64,000 bases of DNA from Candidatus Harrisonbacteria bacterium (GTDB taxonomy: Bacteria; Patescibacteriota; Minisyncoccia; UBA6257; WO2-44-18). Location: the NCBI GenBank assembly GCA_016182295.1, contig JACOXP010000006.1, forward strand, positions 9,298-73,297, written 5' to 3'. Positions 38,721 to 48,273 of this stretch are shown here, in pieces (positions within the stretch are counted from its first letter, which is position 1; every line of letters starts with the position of its first letter). The notes under the pieces are model-generated. The model did no database searches and was not told the origin of the DNA. It worked only from the letters and a program-made list of their open reading frames with translations. The position numbers and the translations under genes are program-made.

Positions 38721-39842
38721 ATGAACCCAGAAACTATTTGGTCAAAAATTCAAAAGGGAGTTTTTATAATCGCCGAGGCCGGGAAGAATTTTATTCAGAC
38801 AGAAGAGGACCGGCCGGTAGAGGAATATTTGAAAAACGCGATGCGATTAGTTGACGAAGCGGCGAAAGCCGGAGCGGACGCGATTAAATTCCAAACGCAT
38901 AATGTGGAAGATGAAGTGCTTAATATCGACTTTACCTCGCCCCATTTCAATAAAAAGGGAAGCGATCGATATACTTGGGTGACTCGCAATACCAAAGCGA
39001 CACCCGTGGATAAATTTTGGAGACCGCTTAAAGAATATTGTGATCAGAAAGGTATTGTTTTTTTCTCCACGCCGATGTCCAAGGGGGCGGCGAAGATTTT
39101 AAACGAAGCAGGCGTGAATCTTTGGAAAATCGGCTCCGGAGATATTTTAGATTTTGTGTTATTGGATTATCTGCGGCAAAGCGGAAAACCGATCATTATC
39201 TCATCGGGCATGAGTACCTTGGAGGAAGTGGAACAAGCGGTGAAATTTCTTCGCGAAAAAAACGATAAGGTGGCTTTGCTGCATTGCGTTTCCAAATATC
39301 CTTGCCCGCCCGAAGAACTTCATTTAAAGACGATTGATTTATACAAAGAAAAATTTGATATGCCTATCGGTTTTTCTGACCACTCTATTGGAATCGAGCC
39401 CGATTTGGTGGCGGTAGCGATGGGGGCGACGATTTTGGAAAAGCATTTTTCCATGGCCAGAACTTTATGGGGTTCTGATCATAAAGTTTCCATGACGCCT
39501 CAAGAATTATCGGATTTAGTCAGCGGCGTAAAAAAAGTTATTAACGACGCCGGCGAAAGGCAGAAAGTATTAAATGGCGATTTTGCTAAAAGGGGAATGG
39601 GCAGCAAAACCAAAGTTTTACAAGAAGGAGAAGCGGTCTTCCGGCCATTATTTAGAAAATCCTTGATGGCCGGTCAAGATATTCCGGCGGGAACGGTGAT
39701 TACGGCAGAGATGGTTTACGCGATGCGCCCCCAGCAGTATGCTGGCGGCTTGCCATCTGAAAGATATGAAGATGTAATCGGTAAAAAAACCTCCAAAGCT
39801 TTAAAAAAATTCGACCCTCTTATTCAGGGCAACTTGGCTTAA
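38721..39842 (+). CDS. neuB: Nonulosonic acid synthase with SAF/AFP domain
   Basis: IIAE, ADAIKFQ, KIGSGD, SSGM, LHCVSKYP, GFSDH, EKHF, DH. Confidence 0.9.
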   Translation: MNPETIWSKIQKGVFIIAEAGKNFIQTEEDRPVEEYLKNAMRLVDEAAKAGADAIKFQTHNVEDEVLNIDFTSPHFNKKGSDRYTWVTRNTKATPVDKFWRPLKEYCDQKGIVFFSTPMSKGAAKILNEAGVNLWKIGSGDILDFVLLDYLRQSGKPIIISSGMSTLEEVEQAVKFLREKNDKVALLHCVSKYPCPPEELHLKTIDLYKEKFDMPIGFSDHSIGIEPDLVAVAMGATILEKHFSMARTLWGSDHKVSMTPQELSDLVSGVKKVINDAGERQKVLNGDFAKRGMGSKTKVLQEGEAVFRPLFRKSLMAGQDIPAGTVITAEMVYAMRPQQYAGGLPSERYEDVIGKKTSKALKKFDPLIQGNLA

Positions 39843-39857
39843 ATAAAAATCCCGACC

Positions 39858-39886
39858 TTGACCATTTTTTGTTTTTTTGGTATCTT
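39858..39886 (+). promoter_or_regulatory. Sigma-70 promoter
   Basis: TTGACC-17 nt-TATCTT with extended TG. Confidence 0.6.
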
Positions 39887-39931
39887 CTTTGCGTTGCAGT
39901 TCTTTCCAAAATCTATTTTAATGGAGGTTGT

Positions 39932-41080
39932 ATGACCAGGGTTCTTTTCGTGGCGGAGATGGCGGGGACGGTCAATGCTTTGATGAAGCCGTTGGGGTCC
40001 TCGGATTTTGATGTGTCGTTCGTGGCGAACGACGTCGCGCTTTCGATGCTCCAAAAAAGGGACATCGTTTGCCATACGTTCGAGGATGATCCAAGCAAAG
40101 TGATTGCCGGAGCTCGTCCGGACATGGTGCTTACTGGCATCAGCGCTTTTGAGCGCGGCAATCCGAAATGGAGCGGCCTCGAACTGAAGTACGCGCTAGC
40201 GGCGATGGACGCCGGAATTCCGGTGGCGATGTATCGGGATTGGCTTGGAATTGCCGCTTGGGCGAAAGAAGCCACGCAGCATCCGCGAGCCGGACAATTG
40301 CTTCATTTCTTGACCTTTGATCGGGGCACGGCTTACGCCATTCGCAAAGCGGAATGGATTTATCGGGACGTGCGCGCGGTGGGGTCTTCGTACAACGAAG
40401 ACATTTTCCAAAAAGCGACCCGCATTGAGCGCGCAACATTGCGCCAGAGACTCGGACTAAAAGCCGATGACCTGCTGGTTGTTGTGAACAGCGGTGCGGA
40501 TTCCAAGCGCGTTTTGGAAATTTTGGAGCCAGCGGTTCAAGGCCTATTGGCTCAATCGAGTTCCCGCGTTGTGTTCGCGCCGACCTTTCATCCCAAAGAC
40601 AAAGACGCGCCGTTTTACGTTGATGATCGGAAAAACTTCGTCGCTCGCGCCTCGGCTCCGTATGATCCCGTTCTTCAGCGCTTGTCCGGCAAAGTTCGGA
40701 CGATTTTCGAGCCAATCATTCGCAGCTGCATTCAGGATCCGCAGGAACGAGTGGCGGCGGCGGATTTCATTGTGATGAACCCGCTTTCGACCGATGTGCC
40801 GACTGCCATTTTTCTTGGCATTCCGATGGTCATTCCGTTCCTGCCATTGACAGCCGAGTCAGCCCGCAGTGGCATGATCGATCCGGAGAAGTATGATTAC
40901 ATCTTGAACGGAATGGCGGATTCGGTTTTCACCGGCGAAGACCTGGAACATTACATGTCGGCTCTTAGTGACCGGTATGAGGAAATCGCGGTTCGTCAGC
41001 GGGCCGAGCAGAAAAAACTGAAACCGACCGCTGATACCGAAGTAATCATCCAGGCGATCAAGACAGTTGCCACCTCCTAA
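39932..41080 (+). CDS. Hypothetical protein, possibly a divergent GT-B
   Basis: SD GGAGG before ATG 39932; FHPKD and ST motifs reminiscent of the TagF-like trio; visibly GC-richer than its neighbours. Confidence 0.5.
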   Translation: MTRVLFVAEMAGTVNALMKPLGSSDFDVSFVANDVALSMLQKRDIVCHTFEDDPSKVIAGARPDMVLTGISAFERGNPKWSGLELKYALAAMDAGIPVAMYRDWLGIAAWAKEATQHPRAGQLLHFLTFDRGTAYAIRKAEWIYRDVRAVGSSYNEDIFQKATRIERATLRQRLGLKADDLLVVVNSGADSKRVLEILEPAVQGLLAQSSSRVVFAPTFHPKDKDAPFYVDDRKNFVARASAPYDPVLQRLSGKVRTIFEPIIRSCIQDPQERVAAADFIVMNPLSTDVPTAIFLGIPMVIPFLPLTAESARSGMIDPEKYDYILNGMADSVFTGEDLEHYMSALSDRYEEIAVRQRAEQKKLKPTADTEVIIQAIKTVATS

Positions 41081-41095
41081 TTCACAAGGGTTTAT

Positions 41096-41145
41096 ACCCC
41101 CGCACTAAACGGACAAAACCGTTATAGCGCGGGGGTTTATTTTTT
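41096..41145 (+). terminator. Long-stem terminator
   Basis: ACCCCCGC..TAAACGG-acaaaa-CCGTT.TAG.GCGGGGGT followed by T-run. Confidence 0.65.
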
Positions 41146-41214
41146 AACCTTTTTAATTTAAGCTTATTTGATACAAGAAACGAGTTTACAATAAATCAGG
41201 TTTTAGTAATAAAT

Positions 41215-42099
41215 ATGCAAAATCCCAAAATTGGCATTGTTGGAGTTGGTTGGGTGGGCGCCCAGCTCAAAAGATACTTTGAAGAATTTAGAGGATATAA
41301 ATCCGGAGAAGATCTTTTTGCTTATGATATTGATCCGAAAAAATGTGTTGGCGATCTCAATAAAGCCGACATTATTTTTCTTACTGTTCCGACGCCGCGC
41401 GATCCGCAGACCGGTGTTTGCGACACCTCAATTGTTGATAGCGCGATTAAAAAAATTCCAGGAGAAAAAATCATCGTTATCAAATCAACCGTTCCTCCAG
41501 GCACTACCGAACGTTTGCAAAAAGAACACCCGCAACATAAAATGCTTTTTAATCCGGAATTTTTGAGCGAAAAAACCGCCTGGCATGATATGTTGCGTCC
41601 CGATCGGCAGATTGTCGGTTTTACCGAAAAAAGCATGGACGCCGCTCATTTAGTCCTATCTCTATTGCCGAAGGCGCCTTTTATGTCGCCTTGGGGCGTA
41701 AGTACGTACCAGCAGACCAGAATCGCAGCTACTGAAGCGGAATTGATTAAATACGCCGGTAATGTTTATTTTGCCCAAAAAGTTAATTGGGCGAACGCCT
41801 TGGCCGCGGTATCCGAGAAACTCGGCGCCAATTATGAAAATGTGCGAAAGGGTATGTCAGCCGATCACCGGATTGGCGATTCTCATCTTGATGTCACTCA
41901 CGGCGGTTACCGAGGTTTTGGCGGATATTGCTTCCCCAAAGACCTTTCTGCTTTTATGGCGTTTGCTAAAGAGCAGGGGCTTCATAATGTCCACGATCTT
42001 TTAAAAGCGGCATGGGATTTTAACGGCAGATTGCTGGAATCACAGGGTTTGACTTATGATGATGTGAGTAGACACATCGATGAGTTCAAGCAATCTTAA
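41215..42099 (+). CDS. UDP-glucose/GDP-mannose dehydrogenase family, lacking the C-terminal domain
   Basis: GVGWVG, VPTP, IKSTVPPGT, NPEFL, AELIKY, GFGGYCFPKD. Confidence 0.88.
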   Translation: MQNPKIGIVGVGWVGAQLKRYFEEFRGYKSGEDLFAYDIDPKKCVGDLNKADIIFLTVPTPRDPQTGVCDTSIVDSAIKKIPGEKIIVIKSTVPPGTTERLQKEHPQHKMLFNPEFLSEKTAWHDMLRPDRQIVGFTEKSMDAAHLVLSLLPKAPFMSPWGVSTYQQTRIAATEAELIKYAGNVYFAQKVNWANALAAVSEKLGANYENVRKGMSADHRIGDSHLDVTHGGYRGFGGYCFPKDLSAFMAFAKEQGLHNVHDLLKAAWDFNGRLLESQGLTYDDVSRHIDEFKQS

Positions 42100-44230
42100 A
42101 AATTACTATATTTGGGGCATTAAAGCCCTGGTTTTTATAATTCCATTTTTGTCCGTTTGGATTGCCACCTCAATGTATTTTCCATACATTACGGGACGGA
42201 ATTTTGGTTTTCGGATTTTAGTTGAAGTAGCGTTGGTTCTTTACATAGCCTTGGCGATTCTTGATAAACGATATCGTCCGCGAATGAATTTGCTTTCTTG
42301 GGCGATTCTAGTTTTCGTTGGCATTGTCGGCATCGCTGATTTATTCGGTGTGGATCCGATGCGTAGCCTCTGGTCTAACTATGAGCGAATGGAGGGTTAT
42401 ATTACAATTCTGCATCTCGGCGCTTATTTTTTTGTTTTGACTAATTTGTTCAGAAGCAAGAAAGAGTGGCTGGTTTTTTTTAGAGTTTTTTTAGCCGCCG
42501 GCCTATGGGTGGGTATATATGGAGTGCTTCAGATTTTTGGGGTTAAAGAAGCAATCCAAGGAAATGGCGCTCGTATTGATGGAACAATTGGCAATCCAAC
42601 TTATTTAGCAGTCTATTTAACCTTGATTATAGGCCTTAGTTTGATATTGTTTTTTAATACGCAAAGCCGCAGTTGGAAATATTTCTACGGGTCAATAATC
42701 GCCTTTCTGATTTCTATAATGTTTTTTACGGCAAGTCGAGGCGCCGCATTAGCTTGGGCAATTGCCGTGCCGCTCTTTTTAATTTTATATCTCTGGCTTT
42801 TCCGCAAGGAAAAAGGCGGCGAAAAAGTAAGAAAAATTATGATCGGTATTCTGATCGCCATGGTAATAGCGCCCCCTTTATTTTTGTTAATAAAAAACCA
42901 GTCGTGGGTTAGAGAGCACCCGGTTCTTTCTCGTTTCACTCAAATTTCGTTTCAAGAAAGAACCACCCGTTCTCGTTTTATGATTTGGGGAATGGGCGCG
43001 CAAGGGTTTTTAGAGCGCCCGCTTCTTGGTTGGGGGCAGGAAAATTATCTTCAAGTTTTTTCCAAATATTACAACCCAAGTCTTTATGATCAGGAGCCGT
43101 GGTTTGACCGCTCGCATAATATAGTTTTTGATTGGTTGATAAACGCTGGCATTTTGGGTCTGTTGGCTTATCTTTCGCTCTTCACGACTTACTACGTATT
43201 GTTTGCTCGCGGTTGGAAGTCCGGTAAAGTCGGCAAGAAAGAAGGACTTGTTTTATTGGTTCTGCCCATCGCTTATTTTATTCAGAATCTTTTCGTTTTC
43301 GACAATATCAACACCTATATCATCTTCTTTACACTTCTTGCCTACGTGAATAACTGGGAGTCCGAGTCGATTGTTGAGCGTAGGGATAGGGTAATTGCAG
43401 AAATTAAACCGTCCTTAATCGCTCTTGCTGTTAGCGGATTAATTGCTTTGCCTATCGTTTATTTAGCTAACGTCAAACCCGCTTTACAAGCGAGGTCAAT
43501 TATCAGTGGTTTAGCCGCTACTTCCAGCAGTAAAGATCCCGTTGGCGAAACCCTTAGCGCTTTTGAGAAAGCTTTATCTTACAACACTTTTGGCAATGGT
43601 GAAGCGCTTGAACAGCTCGGTAGAGTAACCAGAAACTTACTCGACCAAGACGTTCCCAATCAAATTAAAACCCGTTTTATTAATTATCTAGTCCCCAAAA
43701 TCGAAGAATATTTAAAAAAACATCCTAACGATATTCGAATTCATCTTTTTATTGCCGATATCTATCAATCAGCCATTAATATCGATGAATCTTATGTGCT
43801 TAAAGCTCGCGAACATTTTGAAGCGGCCTTAGCGCTTAGTCCCCAAAAACAGCAAATCCTTACGGCGCTCGCCAACAATTTTTTGTTTACCGGCGAAAGT
43901 GAAAAATCTTTTGAGCTTTTACGCAAAGCTATTGATGTTGAGCCATCCAACATAGAAGCTCATGGAAATTATGCGATTTATGCGGTTTTGGCTAGTCGCA
44001 ACGATCTCGTTGCGGAAGAAATCGCGGAAATGAATCGCCTCCAGAAAAACTTGGAGAAGCGAGGCGAATCCGCCTTCAACGATTACCTCGATCAACTTAA
44101 AAGAATCGCTGAAATTTATCGACGGGTTGATCAGATACAAAATGCCATTATTATTTATCAAGAATTGATTAGACTTTCTCCGACCAATGTTAATTTCCAG
44201 ACTGCCTTAAAAGAATTACAGTCAAAATAA
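42080..44230 (+). CDS. O-antigen ligase/oligosaccharyltransferase-family protein with C-terminal TPRs
   Basis: GTIGNP, TASRGA, R...W...ERPLLGWG, DRSHN (Wzy_C); TPR-like helices. Confidence 0.85.
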   Translation: MSSSNLKNYYIWGIKALVFIIPFLSVWIATSMYFPYITGRNFGFRILVEVALVLYIALAILDKRYRPRMNLLSWAILVFVGIVGIADLFGVDPMRSLWSNYERMEGYITILHLGAYFFVLTNLFRSKKEWLVFFRVFLAAGLWVGIYGVLQIFGVKEAIQGNGARIDGTIGNPTYLAVYLTLIIGLSLILFFNTQSRSWKYFYGSIIAFLISIMFFTASRGAALAWAIAVPLFLILYLWLFRKEKGGEKVRKIMIGILIAMVIAPPLFLLIKNQSWVREHPVLSRFTQISFQERTTRSRFMIWGMGAQGFLERPLLGWGQENYLQVFSKYYNPSLYDQEPWFDRSHNIVFDWLINAGILGLLAYLSLFTTYYVLFARGWKSGKVGKKEGLVLLVLPIAYFIQNLFVFDNINTYIIFFTLLAYVNNWESESIVERRDRVIAEIKPSLIALAVSGLIALPIVYLANVKPALQARSIISGLAATSSSKDPVGETLSAFEKALSYNTFGNGEALEQLGRVTRNLLDQDVPNQIKTRFINYLVPKIEEYLKKHPNDIRIHLFIADIYQSAINIDESYVLKAREHFEAALALSPQKQQILTALANNFLFTGESEKSFELLRKAIDVEPSNIEAHGNYAIYAVLASRNDLVAEEIAEMNRLQKNLEKRGESAFNDYLDQLKRIAEIYRRVDQIQNAIIIYQELIRLSPTNVNFQTALKELQSK

Positions 44231-44235
44231 CGCAA

Positions 44236-44937
44236 ATGAAAGCGATAATTTTAGCAGGTGGATTAGGAACGCGGCTTCATCCGGTTACTTTGGAAACTCC
44301 CAAAGCTCTTTTGACGGTAAAAAGGAAACCAATAATCAATTATTTAATAGAACTTTTTACCCGTCACGGCATTAAAGACATCGCTGTGCTTGCTAATAGC
44401 GCCCAAAAGGACGATTTCCATTGGTGGCAGAAGAGACATAAAAAAAACTTGCCAAAAACCCTAAAAATAAAATGGGAACCGCGGCTTCGAGGAACTTTTG
44501 GAGGTATTCGCGAGCTTCAGCGAGAATTGAAAGAGCCGTTTATTCTTACCAATGGCGACGAGATAAAAGATTTTGATTTGGAAAAACTTTTGAAGTTTCA
44601 CAAAAATCATCGCTATCAGCCGCACGCCACCATCGCCCTTGTAAAAGTTCCCGACCCCCGCGCTTACGGAGTGCCGGTTATGCAAGGCGATGAGATAAAA
44701 ATGTTTTTAGAGAAACCGGAGAATCCTCCGACAAAGTACATTTCCTCCGGCCTTTACGTATTAGAGCCAGAGGTCTTTGATTACGCCGATTGGAAAAAAG
44801 ATTTTTTGATGATTGAAAAAGATATTTTTCCGAAAATCGCCGAAAAAAGAAAATTGATTGGTTATAAAGTTCCAAAAGGCAAATGGCTTGATTGCGGCAC
44901 TCTGGACCGTTGGGCCAGCGCTATCCGAGAGCTTTAA
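44236..44937 (+). CDS. Sugar-1-phosphate nucleotidyltransferase
   Basis: ILAGGLGTRL..PK, NGD, EKP, WLDCGT. Confidence 0.9.
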   Translation: MKAIILAGGLGTRLHPVTLETPKALLTVKRKPIINYLIELFTRHGIKDIAVLANSAQKDDFHWWQKRHKKNLPKTLKIKWEPRLRGTFGGIRELQRELKEPFILTNGDEIKDFDLEKLLKFHKNHRYQPHATIALVKVPDPRAYGVPVMQGDEIKMFLEKPENPPTKYISSGLYVLEPEVFDYADWKKDFLMIEKDIFPKIAEKRKLIGYKVPKGKWLDCGTLDRWASAIREL

Positions 44938-46189
44938 TTTGGCGGGCTTTTCGCCAAATCAAGGCGTTGGTTAGCAGTTGCGTGATTATCGTGGAAACAG
45001 CGGCGCCTTCTATGCCGAACGGCGGAATCAGCAATAAATTAAAAGCCACATTGCCAAACGCCGCCGCGCCCACGAAAGTTACAAATGATTTTTGGTGGTC
45101 ATAGGCAAAAATGGCATTTCCCAAAAGTGTTGATGGGTAGACAACCGCCACCGTAAGAATTAAAAGCTGAAAAGTAACGACAGCCGGCAAATATTCCGCG
45201 CCGAAGAGCAAGTTAATAATTGGAGTCGCGAGCGCCACGCCAGCGATTACGATAGGAATAGAAAAAATAACTACCCTTTTGACATATTTTTTCAGAATTA
45301 TGTTTGCCTCGGCAATGTTCTGTTTAACCAGTCTGGTTAAAATCGGAAAAATACTTGAAGCGAGCAAACTAGGCAATATGTAAAGCAACTGTATTGGTTT
45401 CTGAGCGGCGGAATAAAAACCCACTTCCTCTGCTGTCCGGAGCCAACCAAGCATAATAATGTCCGTGTTGAGCATTATCGCCCCCATTAAACCCATCAGG
45501 CCAAATGGCCAAGCGGTGGAGATAATTGGTTTGATTAGTTCTTTTCTGAAGTTTCCTATAAGGTTGCGGAAATGCGATCGCAACACGAATAAAATCGCGA
45601 GCAAACCTATGCCGCTGCCGGCGGCATAAGCAAAAGCTAAAGAGTAACTGCTGGGATTAAGCGTTAGAAAAATAAATCCCAAGATGACAATGGCAAAATT
45701 GGTCAAGACGTGGATGCCCGCTTCAATTTCCATTTTTTCCAGAGCGCGGGAGACTGCCGATCCGAGATCCCGCAAAGTATCAAAAGCAAAAACAAAAATC
45801 AAAATCGGCATGATCATCGCTGCTTCCTCGATATTTGTTAGATAAGGGAAAAAAGCGATTACCCCCAAAACCAATATTAGAAGAAGACCCAATTTGGTGA
45901 AAAAAGCAGTGGAAAGATAACGATCTTTTAATTCCGGATTGCGCGACGCTTCTTTGGTAATAAGAGCGTTAATGCCGATGTCGGAAAAAATTGTCAGAAA
46001 AGCGGCAATTCCAAGAGCGTAAGAAAAAGCTCCCCAACCGGCGGCTCCCAACGCTCGAGCGGCGTAAATTACAATCGCCGCTCGCAAGAGACGGCCAACT
46101 ATTTGTCCGGAAAAAAGCCAAAAAGTGTTTTTAGCGATTGTTTGGGAAATCGTTTGGTTTTTAAAAAGCCAATCTAAAAAAAAGCGCAT
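44921..46189 (-). CDS. wzx: Wzx flippase
   Basis: About 12 TM segments, IAKNT, DIGI, TDIIMLG, VGFYSAA, LIPPFGIEGAA. Confidence 0.88.
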   Translation of the reverse strand: MRFFLDWLFKNQTISQTIAKNTFWLFSGQIVGRLLRAAIVIYAARALGAAGWGAFSYALGIAAFLTIFSDIGINALITKEASRNPELKDRYLSTAFFTKLGLLLILVLGVIAFFPYLTNIEEAAMIMPILIFVFAFDTLRDLGSAVSRALEKMEIEAGIHVLTNFAIVILGFIFLTLNPSSYSLAFAYAAGSGIGLLAILFVLRSHFRNLIGNFRKELIKPIISTAWPFGLMGLMGAIMLNTDIIMLGWLRTAEEVGFYSAAQKPIQLLYILPSLLASSIFPILTRLVKQNIAEANIILKKYVKRVVIFSIPIVIAGVALATPIINLLFGAEYLPAVVTFQLLILTVAVVYPSTLLGNAIFAYDHQKSFVTFVGAAAFGNVAFNLLLIPPFGIEGAAVSTIITQLLTNALIWRKARQIKALG

Positions 46190-47524
46190 TTATTTATGTG
46201 ATGTAAAAAGATATTTAACGGTTCGAAGAAGAATCAAAAAGTCCAAGGCGAGCGACCGATTTTTTAAATAATACATGTCATATTGTAGTTTTTCGTAAGC
46301 ATCTTCGATAGAAGCGCCATACTTGTAGTTAATCTGCGCCCATCCGGTGATTCCCGGGCGGACCAACAAGCGCAATTCGAAGTAAGGCACATCCTTTTTT
46401 AATTGACTTACAAACTCCGGCCGTTCCGGGCGAGGTCCGACGAAAGACAATTCTCCTCTGATGATATTCCAAAGCTGGGGTAGTTCATCGAGGTGGCTCT
46501 TGCGTAAAATTTTACCGATAGTTGTCACGCGGCTATCTTTGGTCACAGCCCATTGGGGCCCGGATTTTTCCGCGTCGAACTGCATGGTGCGAAATTTGTA
46601 GATCATGAAATCATGTTCGTTTTGGCCAGAGCGAGTCTGTTTATAAATAATAGGGCCCCGCGAAGTAAGGGCGATTAGAATAGAAATCAAGATGCTTACT
46701 GGCAGAAGAACTACGGAAAATACTACCGCTAACAGAAACTCAATTGGCCTTTTGAAAAATTCGTAAATTTTGTGACTTTTGGAAAGATTTTCCAAAAACC
46801 AGACTTCTTCGAGTTCGGCGAGCGGCAGTTTCTGAAAAACTTTTTCGTAAAGCGCGGCGAGATCCCAAACCTCTATTCCCGATACCATATTTTTGTAGAT
46901 GAGCCGAGCCGCTTTGGAATTCTTCTTGATGTGAGCGGGGACGACAATTAAATTTATTTTACTGTTGAGAATTATTTGGGCCAGATGATCGAATTCTTTA
47001 TCTTGCAGTCCCTCCTTCATCCAAAAACTTATTTCATAGCCAAGCTGGGGATTTTTTCCGATGTGATCGGCCAATTCCTCAACGGTTTTATTGTAGCCAA
47101 TCATCAGAATTCGATTTACGGGTCCGCCGGCGCTTAGGATATTATTGTAAAAACTTCGCCAAATATAACCGCCCAAACCGGAAAGCAGCACAACGATGAA
47201 AAGATTTATTTTTGGCGTGATGACAAAGGCGGGAATAAAGTAGAAAAGAATGGTGGCGATTACACCGTTGATAAAAACCAAAGTGGTAAAGCTTCTGCTG
47301 AAAGCCAGGTCATTTTTGAGAAAGCTTAGATCGTAAAGCCCACCGATATAAAAACCCAAAAGCCAGATGCCGAAAATAATCGTGAAGGGAACAAAATGAG
47401 TTTCTAAAATAACATCAGGAATACCTTGGTAGCGGAGGGTTAATGTCAAAAAAAACGACGCGTATAAAACGGCAATATCTCCAAAAAGGAGGATGAGTTG
47501 TTTCAGCTTGACGTGGATGCTCAT
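46190..47524 (-). CDS. Undecaprenyl-phosphate sugar-1-phosphate transferase (WbaP/WcaJ family)
   Basis: KR...KFRTM, DSRVT, LDELPQLWNI, VGPRPE, PGITGWAQ, YD.YY. Confidence 0.93.
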   Translation of the reverse strand: MSIHVKLKQLILLFGDIAVLYASFFLTLTLRYQGIPDVILETHFVPFTIIFGIWLLGFYIGGLYDLSFLKNDLAFSRSFTTLVFINGVIATILFYFIPAFVITPKINLFIVVLLSGLGGYIWRSFYNNILSAGGPVNRILMIGYNKTVEELADHIGKNPQLGYEISFWMKEGLQDKEFDHLAQIILNSKINLIVVPAHIKKNSKAARLIYKNMVSGIEVWDLAALYEKVFQKLPLAELEEVWFLENLSKSHKIYEFFKRPIEFLLAVVFSVVLLPVSILISILIALTSRGPIIYKQTRSGQNEHDFMIYKFRTMQFDAEKSGPQWAVTKDSRVTTIGKILRKSHLDELPQLWNIIRGELSFVGPRPERPEFVSQLKKDVPYFELRLLVRPGITGWAQINYKYGASIEDAYEKLQYDMYYLKNRSLALDFLILLRTVKYLFTSHK

Positions 47525-47547
47525 TCTGGATTTATATTAAGTAAAGC

Positions 47548-48249
47548 ATGGAAGAGAGTCAAAAACCGGTTAAAGACGCGTTGTTGCCCGGCAGCATCAT
47601 TGTTGCGGCGCTTTTGATTGCCGGTGCCCTTGTTTATAACACCGGATTAAAGAACGTTGGTAACCAGGCCAGTCTTGAAGAAAACACGAATACTTTCTCC
47701 GCCGAAGATCTTATTGACGATGATGTGATTTTGGGCGATCCCAACGCTCCGGTAACGATCGTGGAATTTGGCGACTATCAATGCCCTTTCTGCGCCAGAT
47801 TTTTTGCTCAAACGGAACCGCAAATTCGCGAGGAGTATATCAAAACAGGGAAGGCGAAAATGGTTTATCGCGATTTCGCTTTTCTTGGGCCGGAATCGTT
47901 AGCCGCCGCCAACGCTTCCCAGTGCGCTGCCGAGCAAGGAAAATTTTGGGCTTATCACGACCGGCTTTTTGAAACCGAACTAGCCGATGGCCGCGAACAC
48001 AACGGCAATCTCAATGCCACTCTTTTTAAATCATTGGCGGCCGAACTTGGTTTAGATCAAACAAAATTTAATTCCTGTCTTGCTTCTGAAAAATACAAAG
48101 ATGAAATCCAGAAAGATTACGATGATGGAATTGCCGCCGGAGTTCGGGGGACGCCGCACACCTTCATTAACGGCAAGCCCATTTCCGGCGCTTTATCATA
48201 TTCAAGCTTCAAGCAACTAATAGAAGAATCTTTGGCCGCCGCTCGATAA
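47548..48249 (+). CDS. DsbA-family thioredoxin-fold protein
   Basis: EFGDYQCPFC, GVRGTP; N-terminal TM anchor. Confidence 0.9.
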   Translation: MEESQKPVKDALLPGSIIVAALLIAGALVYNTGLKNVGNQASLEENTNTFSAEDLIDDDVILGDPNAPVTIVEFGDYQCPFCARFFAQTEPQIREEYIKTGKAKMVYRDFAFLGPESLAAANASQCAAEQGKFWAYHDRLFETELADGREHNGNLNATLFKSLAAELGLDQTKFNSCLASEKYKDEIQKDYDDGIAAGVRGTPHTFINGKPISGALSYSSFKQLIEESLAAAR

Positions 48250-48273
48250 AAATCTTTCTCTTCAATATACTTA

